Shown: positions 50,675-59,505 of the stretch, piece after piece
Position numbering within the stretch: the stretch's first letter is position 1
Layout: every line of letters begins with the position of its first letter
From: Candidatus Velthaea sp.
Lineage (GTDB): Bacteria; Vulcanimicrobiota; Vulcanimicrobiia; Vulcanimicrobiales; Vulcanimicrobiaceae
Direction: 5' to 3'
NCBI GenBank assembly: GCA_050012475.1
Contig: JBEKHC010000010.1
Coordinates: 1-64,000 of the forward strand
DNA: 64,000 nucleotides
The notes under the pieces: generated by a model
The model's input: only the letters and a program-made list of their open reading frames with translations
What the model was told of the DNA's origin: nothing
The model's database searches: none
Program-made: the position numbers and the translations under genes

Positions 50675-51328
50675 TCAGCGAAAGCTGCTCGCGATGCCGC
50701 CGCAGACCAGCGTCCAGCCGTCGACCATAACGAACAGCAGGAGCTTACACGGCAGCGAGATCACGGGTGGACTGAGCATGAACATGCCGAGGCCCATGAG
50801 GATCGACGCCACCGCCAGATCGATGGCCACGAAGGGCAAATACAGCGCGAAACCGATCGCGAACGCGCTGCGCAATTCGCCGACCACGAACGCCGGCATG
50901 ACGACCGAGACTGGCTGCAGCGACGCTTGTGCTTCGGGCTCGTGCGCCACGCGCTCGAAGAGATCCAGATCTTTTTTGCGCGTCTGCCGGAGCATGAACG
51001 CGCGCAGCGGTTCGATGCCGCGCTCGATGAGCTGCGCTTGCGAGATGCGGCCTTGACTGTAGGGCACGATGGAATCGTGCGAAATGCGCTGCAGCGTCGG
51101 CGTCATGACGACGACGGTCAGCACCAACGAAACGCCGATCAAAACGATGTTGGGCGGCAGCGCTTGGGCGCCGATCGCGGAGCGCACGAGCCCGAGCACG
51201 ACCACGATGCGCACGAACGCCGTCGTCATCACGAGCAGCAGCGGCGCGATGGCCAGGATCGTCAGACTGCCCAGCACGTCGAGCGGCAGGGCCGCGTGAC
51301 TGCCGGGAAGGGCGAAGCCGGGTATCAT
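50675..51328 (-). CDS. fliP: Export gate FliP/SctR
   Basis: MTTAFVRI, PPN.VL, PAF...EL..AF.IGF..YLPF..ID, PP..ISLP.KLLLFV.VDGW. Confidence 0.96.
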   Translation of the reverse strand: MIPGFALPGSHAALPLDVLGSLTILAIAPLLLVMTTAFVRIVVVLGLVRSAIGAQALPPNIVLIGVSLVLTVVVMTPTLQRISHDSIVPYSQGRISQAQLIERGIEPLRAFMLRQTRKKDLDLFERVAHEPEAQASLQPVSVVMPAFVVGELRSAFAIGFALYLPFVAIDLAVASILMGLGMFMLSPPVISLPCKLLLFVMVDGWTLVCGGIASSFR

Positions 51329-51334
51329 GCCGGA

Positions 51335-51592
51335 TCAGCGCTGCGCGACGAGTTCGGTGATCCGAACGCCGTAATTGTCGCCCACCGCCACGATGTCGCC
51401 GCGGGCAACGATTTTGTCGTTGACGAGCAAATCGATCGGTCCGCCGGCGCAGCGATTGAGGTCCAGGATCGATCCGGTGCCCAGTTGCAAGACCTCTTCG
51501 ATCGTCAGCTTGCACGTGCCGAGTTCAGCGGTCACGTGCAGCGGCACGTGCATGAGCAGCTCGAAGTTGCCGTACTCGTCGGGCGGGCTCAT
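51335..51592 (-). CDS. fliN: C-ring protein FliN
   Basis: VPL.V.AELG, L..GSI..L, P.D..VN...ARG..V, YGVRIT. Confidence 0.93.
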   Translation of the reverse strand: MSPPDEYGNFELLMHVPLHVTAELGTCKLTIEEVLQLGTGSILDLNRCAGGPIDLLVNDKIVARGDIVAVGDNYGVRITELVAQR

Positions 51593-52401
51593 GTCGTCGC
51601 CTCCCGGCGGCCCGCAGCCGCGATGACAACCGCGTTGCTTTGGGCGCGGATGCCGCAGTCGCCGCTGGCGACGACGCAATCGCCGATCTTGACCATCGTC
51701 GGCGCACCGATCTTCGTATCGAGCCGCACCGTCTGTCCCACCCGCCAGGCCGCGATTTCGCGCGCGTTGACGACCGCCTCGGCGAACTGCGCGCGAACGT
51801 CGAGCGCGATGCCGGACAACATCGAACGCTCCAGCTTGCCGCCGAAGCGCGGACCCGGATCTTGCGAGAGCCCGATGCCGATCACGGCATCGAACGGCAG
51901 GCCGATCCGCAACTCGAAATACGTGACGCAGCGTGCGTCTTCACGCTCGGGTTCGATCCGTGCGAGGCCGTTCGCGTCGCCGCAGAACGGTGCGCAGAGC
52001 GCCGCGACCTCGGCGGCGATGCGTTCGAGCGCACGTTCTTCGAGCGCAGAAAGCGGCACGTTTTCGCCGCCGCACTCTTCGCCGAACACGCCCTGCGCGA
52101 TGCGCCGCGCGTCGCGCCGGCGGAACACGACGTAGAGGTCGCAGATACTGCCACGCGCCCGGTACAGGCTTCCGCGCTCGAAAAGGACGCGCTGCGTGCC
52201 GTCTTTGACGAGCACGGGCGCAAAGACGTCGAGCGTCAACTCGCGGGCCAGCAGGTTCGAGAGCCGGGCTCGCGCGTGATTGGCCGCTGCACACACGGCG
52301 GAAATCGGCAAGTCCGTGACCGGCTCGAAATAGGTCTCACGAACGAGTTTCGCGCCCGACGCGCCGCTGGGTTGGGCCCGAAAGCGCAGCATCGTGATCA
52401 C
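51589..52401 (-). CDS. fliM: FliM-like C-ring protein
   Basis: LSALE motif and C-terminal SpoA-like domain; upstream of fliN; no LSQ.EID CheY-binding N-terminus. Confidence 0.7.
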   Translation of the reverse strand: MITMLRFRAQPSGASGAKLVRETYFEPVTDLPISAVCAAANHARARLSNLLARELTLDVFAPVLVKDGTQRVLFERGSLYRARGSICDLYVVFRRRDARRIAQGVFGEECGGENVPLSALEERALERIAAEVAALCAPFCGDANGLARIEPEREDARCVTYFELRIGLPFDAVIGIGLSQDPGPRFGGKLERSMLSGIALDVRAQFAEAVVNAREIAAWRVGQTVRLDTKIGAPTMVKIGDCVVASGDCGIRAQSNAVVIAAAGRREATT

Positions 52402-53126
52402 TTGATGAGATCCACGGCGATCTTGGCCGCGCGGGCATCGGCCTGTGTGCCCGCGCTCATAGCATCGAGCGCGAGGAACGCCTCGCGAAGCTGAACGAGC
52501 CCGGCCTCGAAGTCGACCGACCCGAGGTCGCGCGATTGCGTCGCGAGCGCCCCGAACGATCCTTCCGTCGCCCGCCCGACGGTCGCGACGATACCGGGCG
52601 CGGGCACCGCCTGCGTCGCGCCTACGCGCTGCAGTTCGGTTCCGGCCGGGAAGCGCGCTAAAGCCACCCGCCCGACGGCGACGCGTTCTTTGGACGGTTT
52701 GTTGGTCTTGGGATCGATCACGGTGCGCGTGTAGGCGACGGTGCCGTCGGCCTCGACGTGCGCTTCGCTCACCCGTCCCAGCGCGGCATCGACGGGATCG
52801 ACATGCAGCGGCTGCGGCGACGCGCCCCGCGCCGCGGCGGGAAAGCCCAGCACCGCCGAACCGTCGGCGAAGCGAACGGTCCCGTCGACGACGGCGAAAC
52901 TTCCGTCGCGCGAATAAAACGGCTTCGCGGCTTTATCCAGGCCCATGAAGTAGGCGTGTTCGGGAGCCGCAACGCTCATCGGATCGAGCGCCGGTTTCGG
53001 GGGCGCCGGCGTCGCGCTGCGCACATCGTGATACGTGGCTTCGTACCCAGGCACATACGCGTTGAGCATCTCTTGGGTGCGCGCCGCGAGTTCGCTGAGC
53101 GCTTGCGCCGGACCGGGATTGATCAT
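52398..53126 (-). CDS. Divergent short hook/rod-family protein (FlgE/FlgG-like)
   Basis: LNAYVPGY, YSRDGSF, VALARF....L...G, SVDF...LV.L. Confidence 0.65.
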   Translation of the reverse strand: MINPGPAQALSELAARTQEMLNAYVPGYEATYHDVRSATPAPPKPALDPMSVAAPEHAYFMGLDKAAKPFYSRDGSFAVVDGTVRFADGSAVLGFPAAARGASPQPLHVDPVDAALGRVSEAHVEADGTVAYTRTVIDPKTNKPSKERVAVGRVALARFPAGTELQRVGATQAVPAPGIVATVGRATEGSFGALATQSRDLGSVDFEAGLVQLREAFLALDAMSAGTQADARAAKIAVDLIK

Positions 53127-53746
53127 GAATGCCCTTTCTGGATAGCATCGATCTCGATACGCACGCCGCGGCGCAGCAACGCGGCACGGGCTGCATCGAG
53201 TGCGGCCGCGACGCGCGGCGAGTTCCGGCCGTCATAGATGGCGATCAGACGCAGCACGGTACCGTGTTGCTGCACGAGCAGGTCGACGCCTGTGCCGTCG
53301 CCGAGTCTCGCCCGGCAATGGATTCGCTTGCGTACGATCGCGCCGGCGGCCGGCCGGAGCGTTGCCGTGACGCGCTGCTTGCGAGCCGGCAGCGCCGGGG
53401 AAAGCGCCGGCGCTGAGCTGACGAGCCGCATGCGCAGCGCCCGTTGCGCGAACGCGTTTGGGCTCGCGCCGGTTTGTGCTCCTGCACGCGCCGGCGCAGC
53501 GCGCAACGCCGCGGCAGCGCCGGCGACGAGCTCGGGGCGATTGCGTCCATTCGCGGCCGGTGGCTGCGCCGTAGCGCGCGGATGGAAGAGCGCGCGATAC
53601 CACGCTTCAGAAAGCGCGCGGCGATCCGTGTACACCGAAGGCGATGCAAACGAAGCATTCGGCGGCTGCGGTACGATCTCGTTCACGGACGCTGTTCCGG
53701 CATGAACGAAGCGTAGCGCCGGAATTTGGGACGGCCGTGACCGCAT
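53123..53746 (-). CDS. Possible FliK/SctP-like length-control protein
   Basis: Ala/Pro-rich N-terminal region plus a compact beta-beta-alpha-beta C-terminus (GVDLLVQQHGTVLRLIA...AL..RG..IEI); ATGA-coupled to the hook-like gene; start uncertain. Confidence 0.45.
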   Translation of the reverse strand: MRSRPSQIPALRFVHAGTASVNEIVPQPPNASFASPSVYTDRRALSEAWYRALFHPRATAQPPAANGRNRPELVAGAAAALRAAPARAGAQTGASPNAFAQRALRMRLVSSAPALSPALPARKQRVTATLRPAAGAIVRKRIHCRARLGDGTGVDLLVQQHGTVLRLIAIYDGRNSPRVAAALDAARAALLRRGVRIEIDAIQKGHS

Positions 53747-53810
53747 TATGGTCCGGGTGTGTGCCGACGCGGGCGCGATCGCTTCGCTGAGCCCGCGCAG
53801 CGTGCGGCGG

Positions 53811-54491
53811 TTACGCGGCCACAAACTTATAGCCGTACCCATAGATCGTCGTGAGGCAGGGCGGTAACTGCAGCTGCTCTTCGACTTTCGTCCGAACGCG
53901 CCGAATGTGTCCGTCGACGGTGCGGTCGTCGCCGTCGTAATCGAAACCCCACACCTTTTGCAGCAAGGTTTTGCGCGACAGCACGACGCCGGGATTGCTG
54001 GCCAGCGCCCATAGCAGCGAGAACTCCTTGGGGCGTAAACCGGCGTCGACACCGTCGACGCGCGCGACGCGCGCGCCTTCGTCGAGTTCGAGCCGTCCAT
54101 AGCGCAGCACGCGCGCGGCCGGCTCGGCGTCGGCCGTCTTGCGCCGCAAGATCGCGCGCACACGGCACACGACTTCGCGCGGAAAGAACGGTTTGGCGAC
54201 GAAATCGTCTGCCCCCAGTTCGAACGTCACGACCCGGTCGATCTCGTCGGTTCGGCCGCTGAGCACGAGGACGGGAATGGACCGGTTCTCGCCGCGCAAC
54301 GTCCGCATGACGCCCATTCCGTCGATCACCGGTAAGCCCAGATCGAGGATCACGAGTTCGGCGCCTTCGCGAACGTGACGCAGCGCCGCGCAGCCGTCGG
54401 CGGCTTCCACGGCATCAAAGCCCTCACTCTTGAGGTGAAAGACCATCAGGCTTCGAACGGCCTGATCGTCGTCGGCTACTACGATACGCAT
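53811..54491 (-). CDS. OmpR/PhoB-family response regulator
   Basis: DDD, LDLGLP..DG, GADDFV.KPF, RTVD.HIRR.R.K, GYGYKF. Confidence 0.95.
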   Translation of the reverse strand: MRIVVADDDQAVRSLMVFHLKSEGFDAVEAADGCAALRHVREGAELVILDLGLPVIDGMGVMRTLRGENRSIPVLVLSGRTDEIDRVVTFELGADDFVAKPFFPREVVCRVRAILRRKTADAEPAARVLRYGRLELDEGARVARVDGVDAGLRPKEFSLLWALASNPGVVLSRKTLLQKVWGFDYDGDDRTVDGHIRRVRTKVEEQLQLPPCLTTIYGYGYKFVAA

Positions 54492-54978
54492 TTATGCTCC
54501 AAGCTTTCTGGGGCGAAACACACGCTGCACGGTCCCGCCGCAACGAAACGACCGCGAACGCACCACGCAGGTGTGACGGCAAAGAGATCTCGAGATGTGC
54601 GAATGGCGCCAACGCCGTACGCGAGGCGTGCAATTGTGACGCGATGTTGAGCGTGTGTGCAAAATCTTCCAATGCCGCGGTCACAACCGGCGCGTAACAT
54701 GACGGGATGGGAGACCGAAACGCGCCCACATCGACGCCCCACGTCGCGCGCAGCGCGTCTGGCGGGGGCGAATCGTCCGGACAAACCGTGAATGTTCGAG
54801 CTGGCGGCAATCCTGGCATTGCCCTGGTGACGACGCTTGCTCCCCGACGTATCACCCGGTGCAGCACTTGTGCGACCGTTCACAATCGAACCAATCAGGC
54901 AAACGCGCGCGCACACATCCGGTCGGCGCTTGCCGCCTTCGCGTCGGCCCGGCGACCGAGGCCTGACGGTCAGGCGCG

Positions 54979-55428
54979 ATGAGCGATATTCCTACCGTGC
55001 TGCGCATCGTCTCGGCATTCGCCGTCGTTGTGCTGCTGTTGTACGCCTTTGCCGTCGTCGCGCGCCAGCGCCGGGGAACGAAACTGCACGCGCGCAGCGA
55101 TCGGCTCATCACGGTGATCGAGACGACGCCCCTGACGCAGAACGCGTCGCTGCACGTCGTGAAAGTGGGCGAGCGCTACCAGGTGATCGCGCTGACGTCG
55201 GCTACCGTTTCGCAGCTAGGTGAAATCGAGCCGGCAACGGTCGGACGCATCGCCGGCTCGCGCGATGCACCGTCGTTCTTTGCCGGAGCCGGCCGGCGGC
55301 CGAGCGCCCCTGCCGGGCAGCCGCCGCGAAGATCGCGGACCGGAGACGCTCAACCGGGCTGCGACGGCAATGCTCCAGACGGCGCGCACGGTACGGATCC
55401 ATTTGATCGATCGGCCGCGCCTCAGTGA
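54979..55428 (+). CDS. fliO: FliO-like protein; 3' end runs into duplicated foreign sequence
   Basis: N-terminal TM, I.VIETT.L.....LHVVKVG.RY..I; the C-terminal tail overlaps the repeat of 59460-59850. Confidence 0.75.
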   Translation: MSDIPTVLRIVSAFAVVVLLLYAFAVVARQRRGTKLHARSDRLITVIETTPLTQNASLHVVKVGERYQVIALTSATVSQLGEIEPATVGRIAGSRDAPSFFAGAGRRPSAPAGQPPRRSRTGDAQPGCDGNAPDGAHGTDPFDRSAAPQ

Positions 55429-55632
55429 GGTTGACGTGCCGCTCAAGTTCAAGGCGCCGCGCGCGCACTGTCGCTGCTGACCTACCTCTTCGTCCACCGA
55501 AGCGCGCCGTTGAGCCGCGCACCAACGACGTGCTGCCGCCGCCCGCCCGGGGGACGCCGTGGATCGTCGCCGACAAGCGCACCATCGGTTGGAACGCTCA
55601 GGCTCCAGCTTGCTGCGATCTGCGCGCATTCG
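55320..55632 (+). pseudogene. Degenerate duplicate of the upstream region and 5' end of the SARP/NB-ARC/TPR gene
   Basis: ATGCTCCAGACGGCGCGCACGGTACGGATCCATTTG identical to 59506 onward; 1-nt deletion and about 80-nt deletion. Confidence 0.9.
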
Positions 55633-58600
55633 TTATTCGCAAACCGGAGCGCACGTCATCGACGCCTTCCGCGCCGCGGTGCTCTCGGCCGCGGCGATTT
55701 CGCTCGGGGGCGGCTCCATGGCGAGGATGGACGGCGTCTCATCCGGGAAATAGCAGCGCAACATGCCGTAACCGATCCCCGCCAGACCCGTGAGTAAGCC
55801 GGGAACGGGCTCGTTCGGAACGCATCCGCAGCGCCACGCTCTCCGGTCTTGGAATCGTTGAATCGCGCCGGTAGCGCGGCGCTTAGCTAAGGCACGTAAG
55901 TGAGGCCGGCCGGTGGAGCCGGCGGCCCACAGGAGCAACTCGATGTTCCCGAATTCACCGTGGCAAAGGCAATCGGTGGGCGAGATTGCCGAAGTCCGTA
56001 TTGTTTCTAAGGCATTATCGATATCGATCATCTCCGCCTTGCCGATACATCCCGGCGGGAGCGCGGCACGCGCCAATCCGATTCCCGGTGCCCCATGACA
56101 CCAAGCCACAGGATAGCCTCCGCCGCCGCCCTCTGCGACACCTTCGCGAAAATCGGGCCAACCGGCTTTTGCATCGCAGTACACCGATCGCTCGTATTCG
56201 AACGCCTTCATTCCGGCAATCGTGAAGTCATCTCGGCTGGCATGATGGCCTACCTGTAGCAATGCCCAGCCGAACCCTGCGGCTCCGTGCGCAAAGCCGG
56301 TGAGCGGTGCGCGACTGTTGCGGCTCGGCCATCCATACCCCATCTCACAGTCCATGTGCGTGGCGAGCAAATGCTCCGCAGCGCGCACTGCTGCATCCAA
56401 GAGAGCGGCGACGTGCGTGAGCCGATAGGCCGCGACCAGCACACCGCACATGCCTGCCGAGCCAGAGATAACGTCCAGCATTTTATCCTCGCGGGGATCG
56501 TCGGAAAGCTGGAGCAGAAACTCAATAGCGCGGTCGAACCAAGCTTGCTCTTGAAGTACCGTGGCGATGTGAAGCAGACCGTACGCGACGCTGCCGCGGC
56601 CCGAGAATGCGCCGCCGGCCGGAGTGCGGTTGTGGCGCACCGCAGCCAAAGATGTTTGTCCGCATAGCCTGGCCGTATGCAGCAGACGGTCGTCTACAAG
56701 ACGTGCACCCGCGTAGCAGAGGAATACCCCGATTCCGGAAACACCGTCGTACAGGTCAGGTCCGACCGCCGAAAGCCGGCTTCCGTCATAACCGTTTTGC
56801 GCGAGGCCAATCCAGTCAATCTCTTCGTCGCGTTGAATTGCACGATCGCAAACCATGCCGGCAACCGTTCGAATCTCGCTTACTATTTCGTCCCGATCTA
56901 GCGCATTTTCCGGCACCGGACGCGGAAGAGCCGATTCCGTGCCGGGCTCGCCCCGCCTGCGCAACGTGGCCATGGACAATCGCACAATGTCCTTTTGGAA
57001 CGCCAAATTGTCTTCCGCGAGCCCCGCTGCACGTGCTCGGATCGCTGTCGCGGCATCCTCTTCCAAGAAGTCTGGAATCTCTACGTGCTGCTCGTCGAAG
57101 ACGGACGTCGCTTGGGGGAAGCTCGTAAACCTTGGTATGTCGCCGGCAAAGAGGGCCGCCAACTCGGACTTTAGTAAGGGTCCGGCCGAAGGTATGACGC
57201 GGCTTCGTTGAGCGAGATTGGCCAGCACGAGTTCGCGGTAAACCGAGCGCCCTAGAAAATCAGGATGCGTAGCGCGGTGCAACAGCGCCGCATAAGCGAA
57301 CGTCGCCAACGGTACATGCCGCACCTTGGCACCCAGCAATCTCGCAACCGGTCCCCAAGGAGACAACAGTGCCGAAGCGTTCGCCTGCAGCACGCGATAG
57401 CACGTCTCGAAGCCTTGAGTCACCTCGTCGGAATAGAACGACGGATTTACCCGCTTGCCTTCATACGTTGGGCGATTCGCATTTTCCAGCACGGCGACGC
57501 GCTTGCGGACGACCCTTATTGCTCCGTCGTCTTGAGTTTCAATCACGTCACTCTTATTCTTGTAATATTGCCCTTCACGATTGCCGATGCCGCTCAAATC
57601 CGGGCTAGGCGTTTCCAGATCCGCACTTGCCCAGCCCGGCAACAGCCCGCATGCAAAGACGGAATGCCGCAGCATCTGCTCGCCGCAGGTTGCCCGATAA
57701 TCATCTCCGCTGAGCTTTGCGTCGGCATGCATGAGCGTTTCGAGATCGACCAGGACCGGCTGCTCCCCGCTCGCTATAATGTTCTCAGAGTGAAAGTCCG
57801 TTGCTTTCATCAGGTACAAGACAGCCAAGAGAATGCCATGACGTATGTAGAACTGCCGAGCGGAGTCCTCCGCAGGCAGCGGCGCAGACTCCACGAACTC
57901 CACCCAGCCATAATCGGAACCCGCCACTACGTCGAGGACGCGTAATCGAGGCTCGATACCGACACTATTTAACCAGCTGATGAGCTGCTGATATCCGACG
58001 TCGACTTCGACGGACCGCGGCTTGTAAACAAGCCTCCGGCCATCGGCGAATCCCAGGATGAGGACCCGTTTTCCGCCGTCGTGCGGGTCGGAAAGAGTTC
58101 CCTCGATGCTTTGCAGCGTACCGGGCGATCCTCGAAAAATCGTCGTTTGAATCTTCGGACCATCTTCGCGCAAACGAGTGAGAACGTCGTTAACGTTCTG
58201 CCGCCACTGCAAGAGCGTCGTCGCGATCAACCGTGTCAACCCCGGATAGGTTAGGTAGAGCCGCTGCAAGTATCGACCACGCTTCACCGCGGCTTGTGCA
58301 AATCGATCGACGATGGAGTCTTTGTCTTGCCCGGAAGCACCACCGGTGCACTGCCACAAGATGTTGGCCTCTAAAATAAACGTCCTATAAGACAAGGCAC
58401 CAAGCTGTTCGGACAACTGGATCAGCAGTGCTGTCCGCAGCGAGTTCCAATCTGCAGCATGGATCTCAGACAGCTCATCGATCCGCGCTTCGGCCCAGCT
58501 TAGAAACGGATACAGCGCTTTACGCAGTCCCGCGGCGCCAACTACTTGCTTATTCGACGCAGCAATATACTCGCTAGACAAAACCGTTACCAGGAGTTGA

Positions 58601-58707
58601 TACCAGGAAGCGTCTTCGAACGCCGACGCGGAGACAAAACGCACGGATAGCGCCATGGACAGTTCTTCTTTGGAAACGCCGGTAAGCCGCAAGAACTGAT
58701 CGAGCAC
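55633..58707 (-). CDS. lanM: Class II lanthipeptide synthetase LanM
   Basis: Dehydratase motifs SDPH..G, YKPR, TDFH.ENII, VDLETL; cyclase motifs LYDG.SG, GFAHG, WCHGAPG, CLCHG; true start probably further upstream. Confidence 0.95.
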   Translation of the reverse strand: MLDQFLRLTGVSKEELSMALSVRFVSASAFEDASWYQLLVTVLSSEYIAASNKQVVGAAGLRKALYPFLSWAEARIDELSEIHAADWNSLRTALLIQLSEQLGALSYRTFILEANILWQCTGGASGQDKDSIVDRFAQAAVKRGRYLQRLYLTYPGLTRLIATTLLQWRQNVNDVLTRLREDGPKIQTTIFRGSPGTLQSIEGTLSDPHDGGKRVLILGFADGRRLVYKPRSVEVDVGYQQLISWLNSVGIEPRLRVLDVVAGSDYGWVEFVESAPLPAEDSARQFYIRHGILLAVLYLMKATDFHSENIIASGEQPVLVDLETLMHADAKLSGDDYRATCGEQMLRHSVFACGLLPGWASADLETPSPDLSGIGNREGQYYKNKSDVIETQDDGAIRVVRKRVAVLENANRPTYEGKRVNPSFYSDEVTQGFETCYRVLQANASALLSPWGPVARLLGAKVRHVPLATFAYAALLHRATHPDFLGRSVYRELVLANLAQRSRVIPSAGPLLKSELAALFAGDIPRFTSFPQATSVFDEQHVEIPDFLEEDAATAIRARAAGLAEDNLAFQKDIVRLSMATLRRRGEPGTESALPRPVPENALDRDEIVSEIRTVAGMVCDRAIQRDEEIDWIGLAQNGYDGSRLSAVGPDLYDGVSGIGVFLCYAGARLVDDRLLHTARLCGQTSLAAVRHNRTPAGGAFSGRGSVAYGLLHIATVLQEQAWFDRAIEFLLQLSDDPREDKMLDVISGSAGMCGVLVAAYRLTHVAALLDAAVRAAEHLLATHMDCEMGYGWPSRNSRAPLTGFAHGAAGFGWALLQVGHHASRDDFTIAGMKAFEYERSVYCDAKAGWPDFREGVAEGGGGGYPVAWCHGAPGIGLARAALPPGCIGKAEMIDIDNALETIRTSAISPTDCLCHGEFGNIELLLWAAGSTGRPHLRALAKRRATGAIQRFQDRRAWRCGCVPNEPVPGLLTGLAGIGYGMLRCYFPDETPSILAMEPPPSEIAAAESTAARKASMTCAPVCE

Positions 58708-59025
58708 GGCGTCGTTTTCGACAGGGAAAAATCGCTTTAGATCGGATGCCGCACGTCCGTGATCCCGCAGCCTCGCGCTCTCTTGCCATAGGAGGCTGAG
58801 GTGCTCCTTGACACTCGCAGCGCGGGCGGTAAAGTGCCTCGGTAAATGCTTGCCCGTGAGCGGGTACCTCGAAAGTTTGAGTCGCGGCAGAGGCCGATAA
58901 CCGCTCGAAATGCATCACCTGGCTAAACGTGCGCACGATGAAACCGGTCCGAACCATTGCTCGAATCGTTGAGGCGGACCGTTCGGCCCCCGCGGGTGAT
59001 TAGCGGAGTATCGAACCGTTCATTT

Positions 59026-59283
59026 TCAGCAGGGTGGTCGGTCGGTCGTATGAGGACAATGCTCGCCCAGGGTCTGGCACGGATCGGTACACACAACCCG
59101 AGAACATCCAGCACTTGTACAGCCGTCGCCAAGCGTGATTTCACAAAGTTGCACGCTCCAATCATTCTCGTCTTGGAGCGAGTCGCCGACCGGGTGCTTC
59201 GGTAGTCGCAACAACGTCTCGATCGGCAGGTTGGAGCGGTATATCGGGTCGCGCCATGCTCGAGCCACGGTGTAACTGTCCAT
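59026..59283 (-). CDS. lanA: Lanthipeptide precursor LanA, mersacidin/lichenicidin-type leader
   Basis: Leader ARAWRDP.YR..L......LP.HP.G; Cys/Ser/Thr-rich C-terminus; RBS AAGGAG; upstream of lanM. Confidence 0.9.
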   Translation of the reverse strand: MDSYTVARAWRDPIYRSNLPIETLLRLPKHPVGDSLQDENDWSVQLCEITLGDGCTSAGCSRVVCTDPCQTLGEHCPHTTDRPPC

Positions 59284-59505
59284 GTAAAACTCCTTGCCGG
59301 CAAGACAAGCGGGGCGTCAGAGATTTGATCTATTATTTCGGAAAATGAATCGACCCGTCAATACGAACCGGCTGCCCTTGATCGGATCGGATGCGTCGGC
59401 CCGCGCACTCAAGGCGCTGCCGTTTTCGCCGCAAGGAAGCGCCGGCAGACGCCGGGCCGGCGCGAAGGTCGGAGAGCGGACACGCTGAACCGGGCTACGA
59501 CGGCA

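Noticed and set aside
55633..59283. Lanthipeptide exported through the adjacent type III system
   Set aside because: Only adjacency supports it; the cassette looks recently inserted, and cyclised peptides are poor T3SS substrates.
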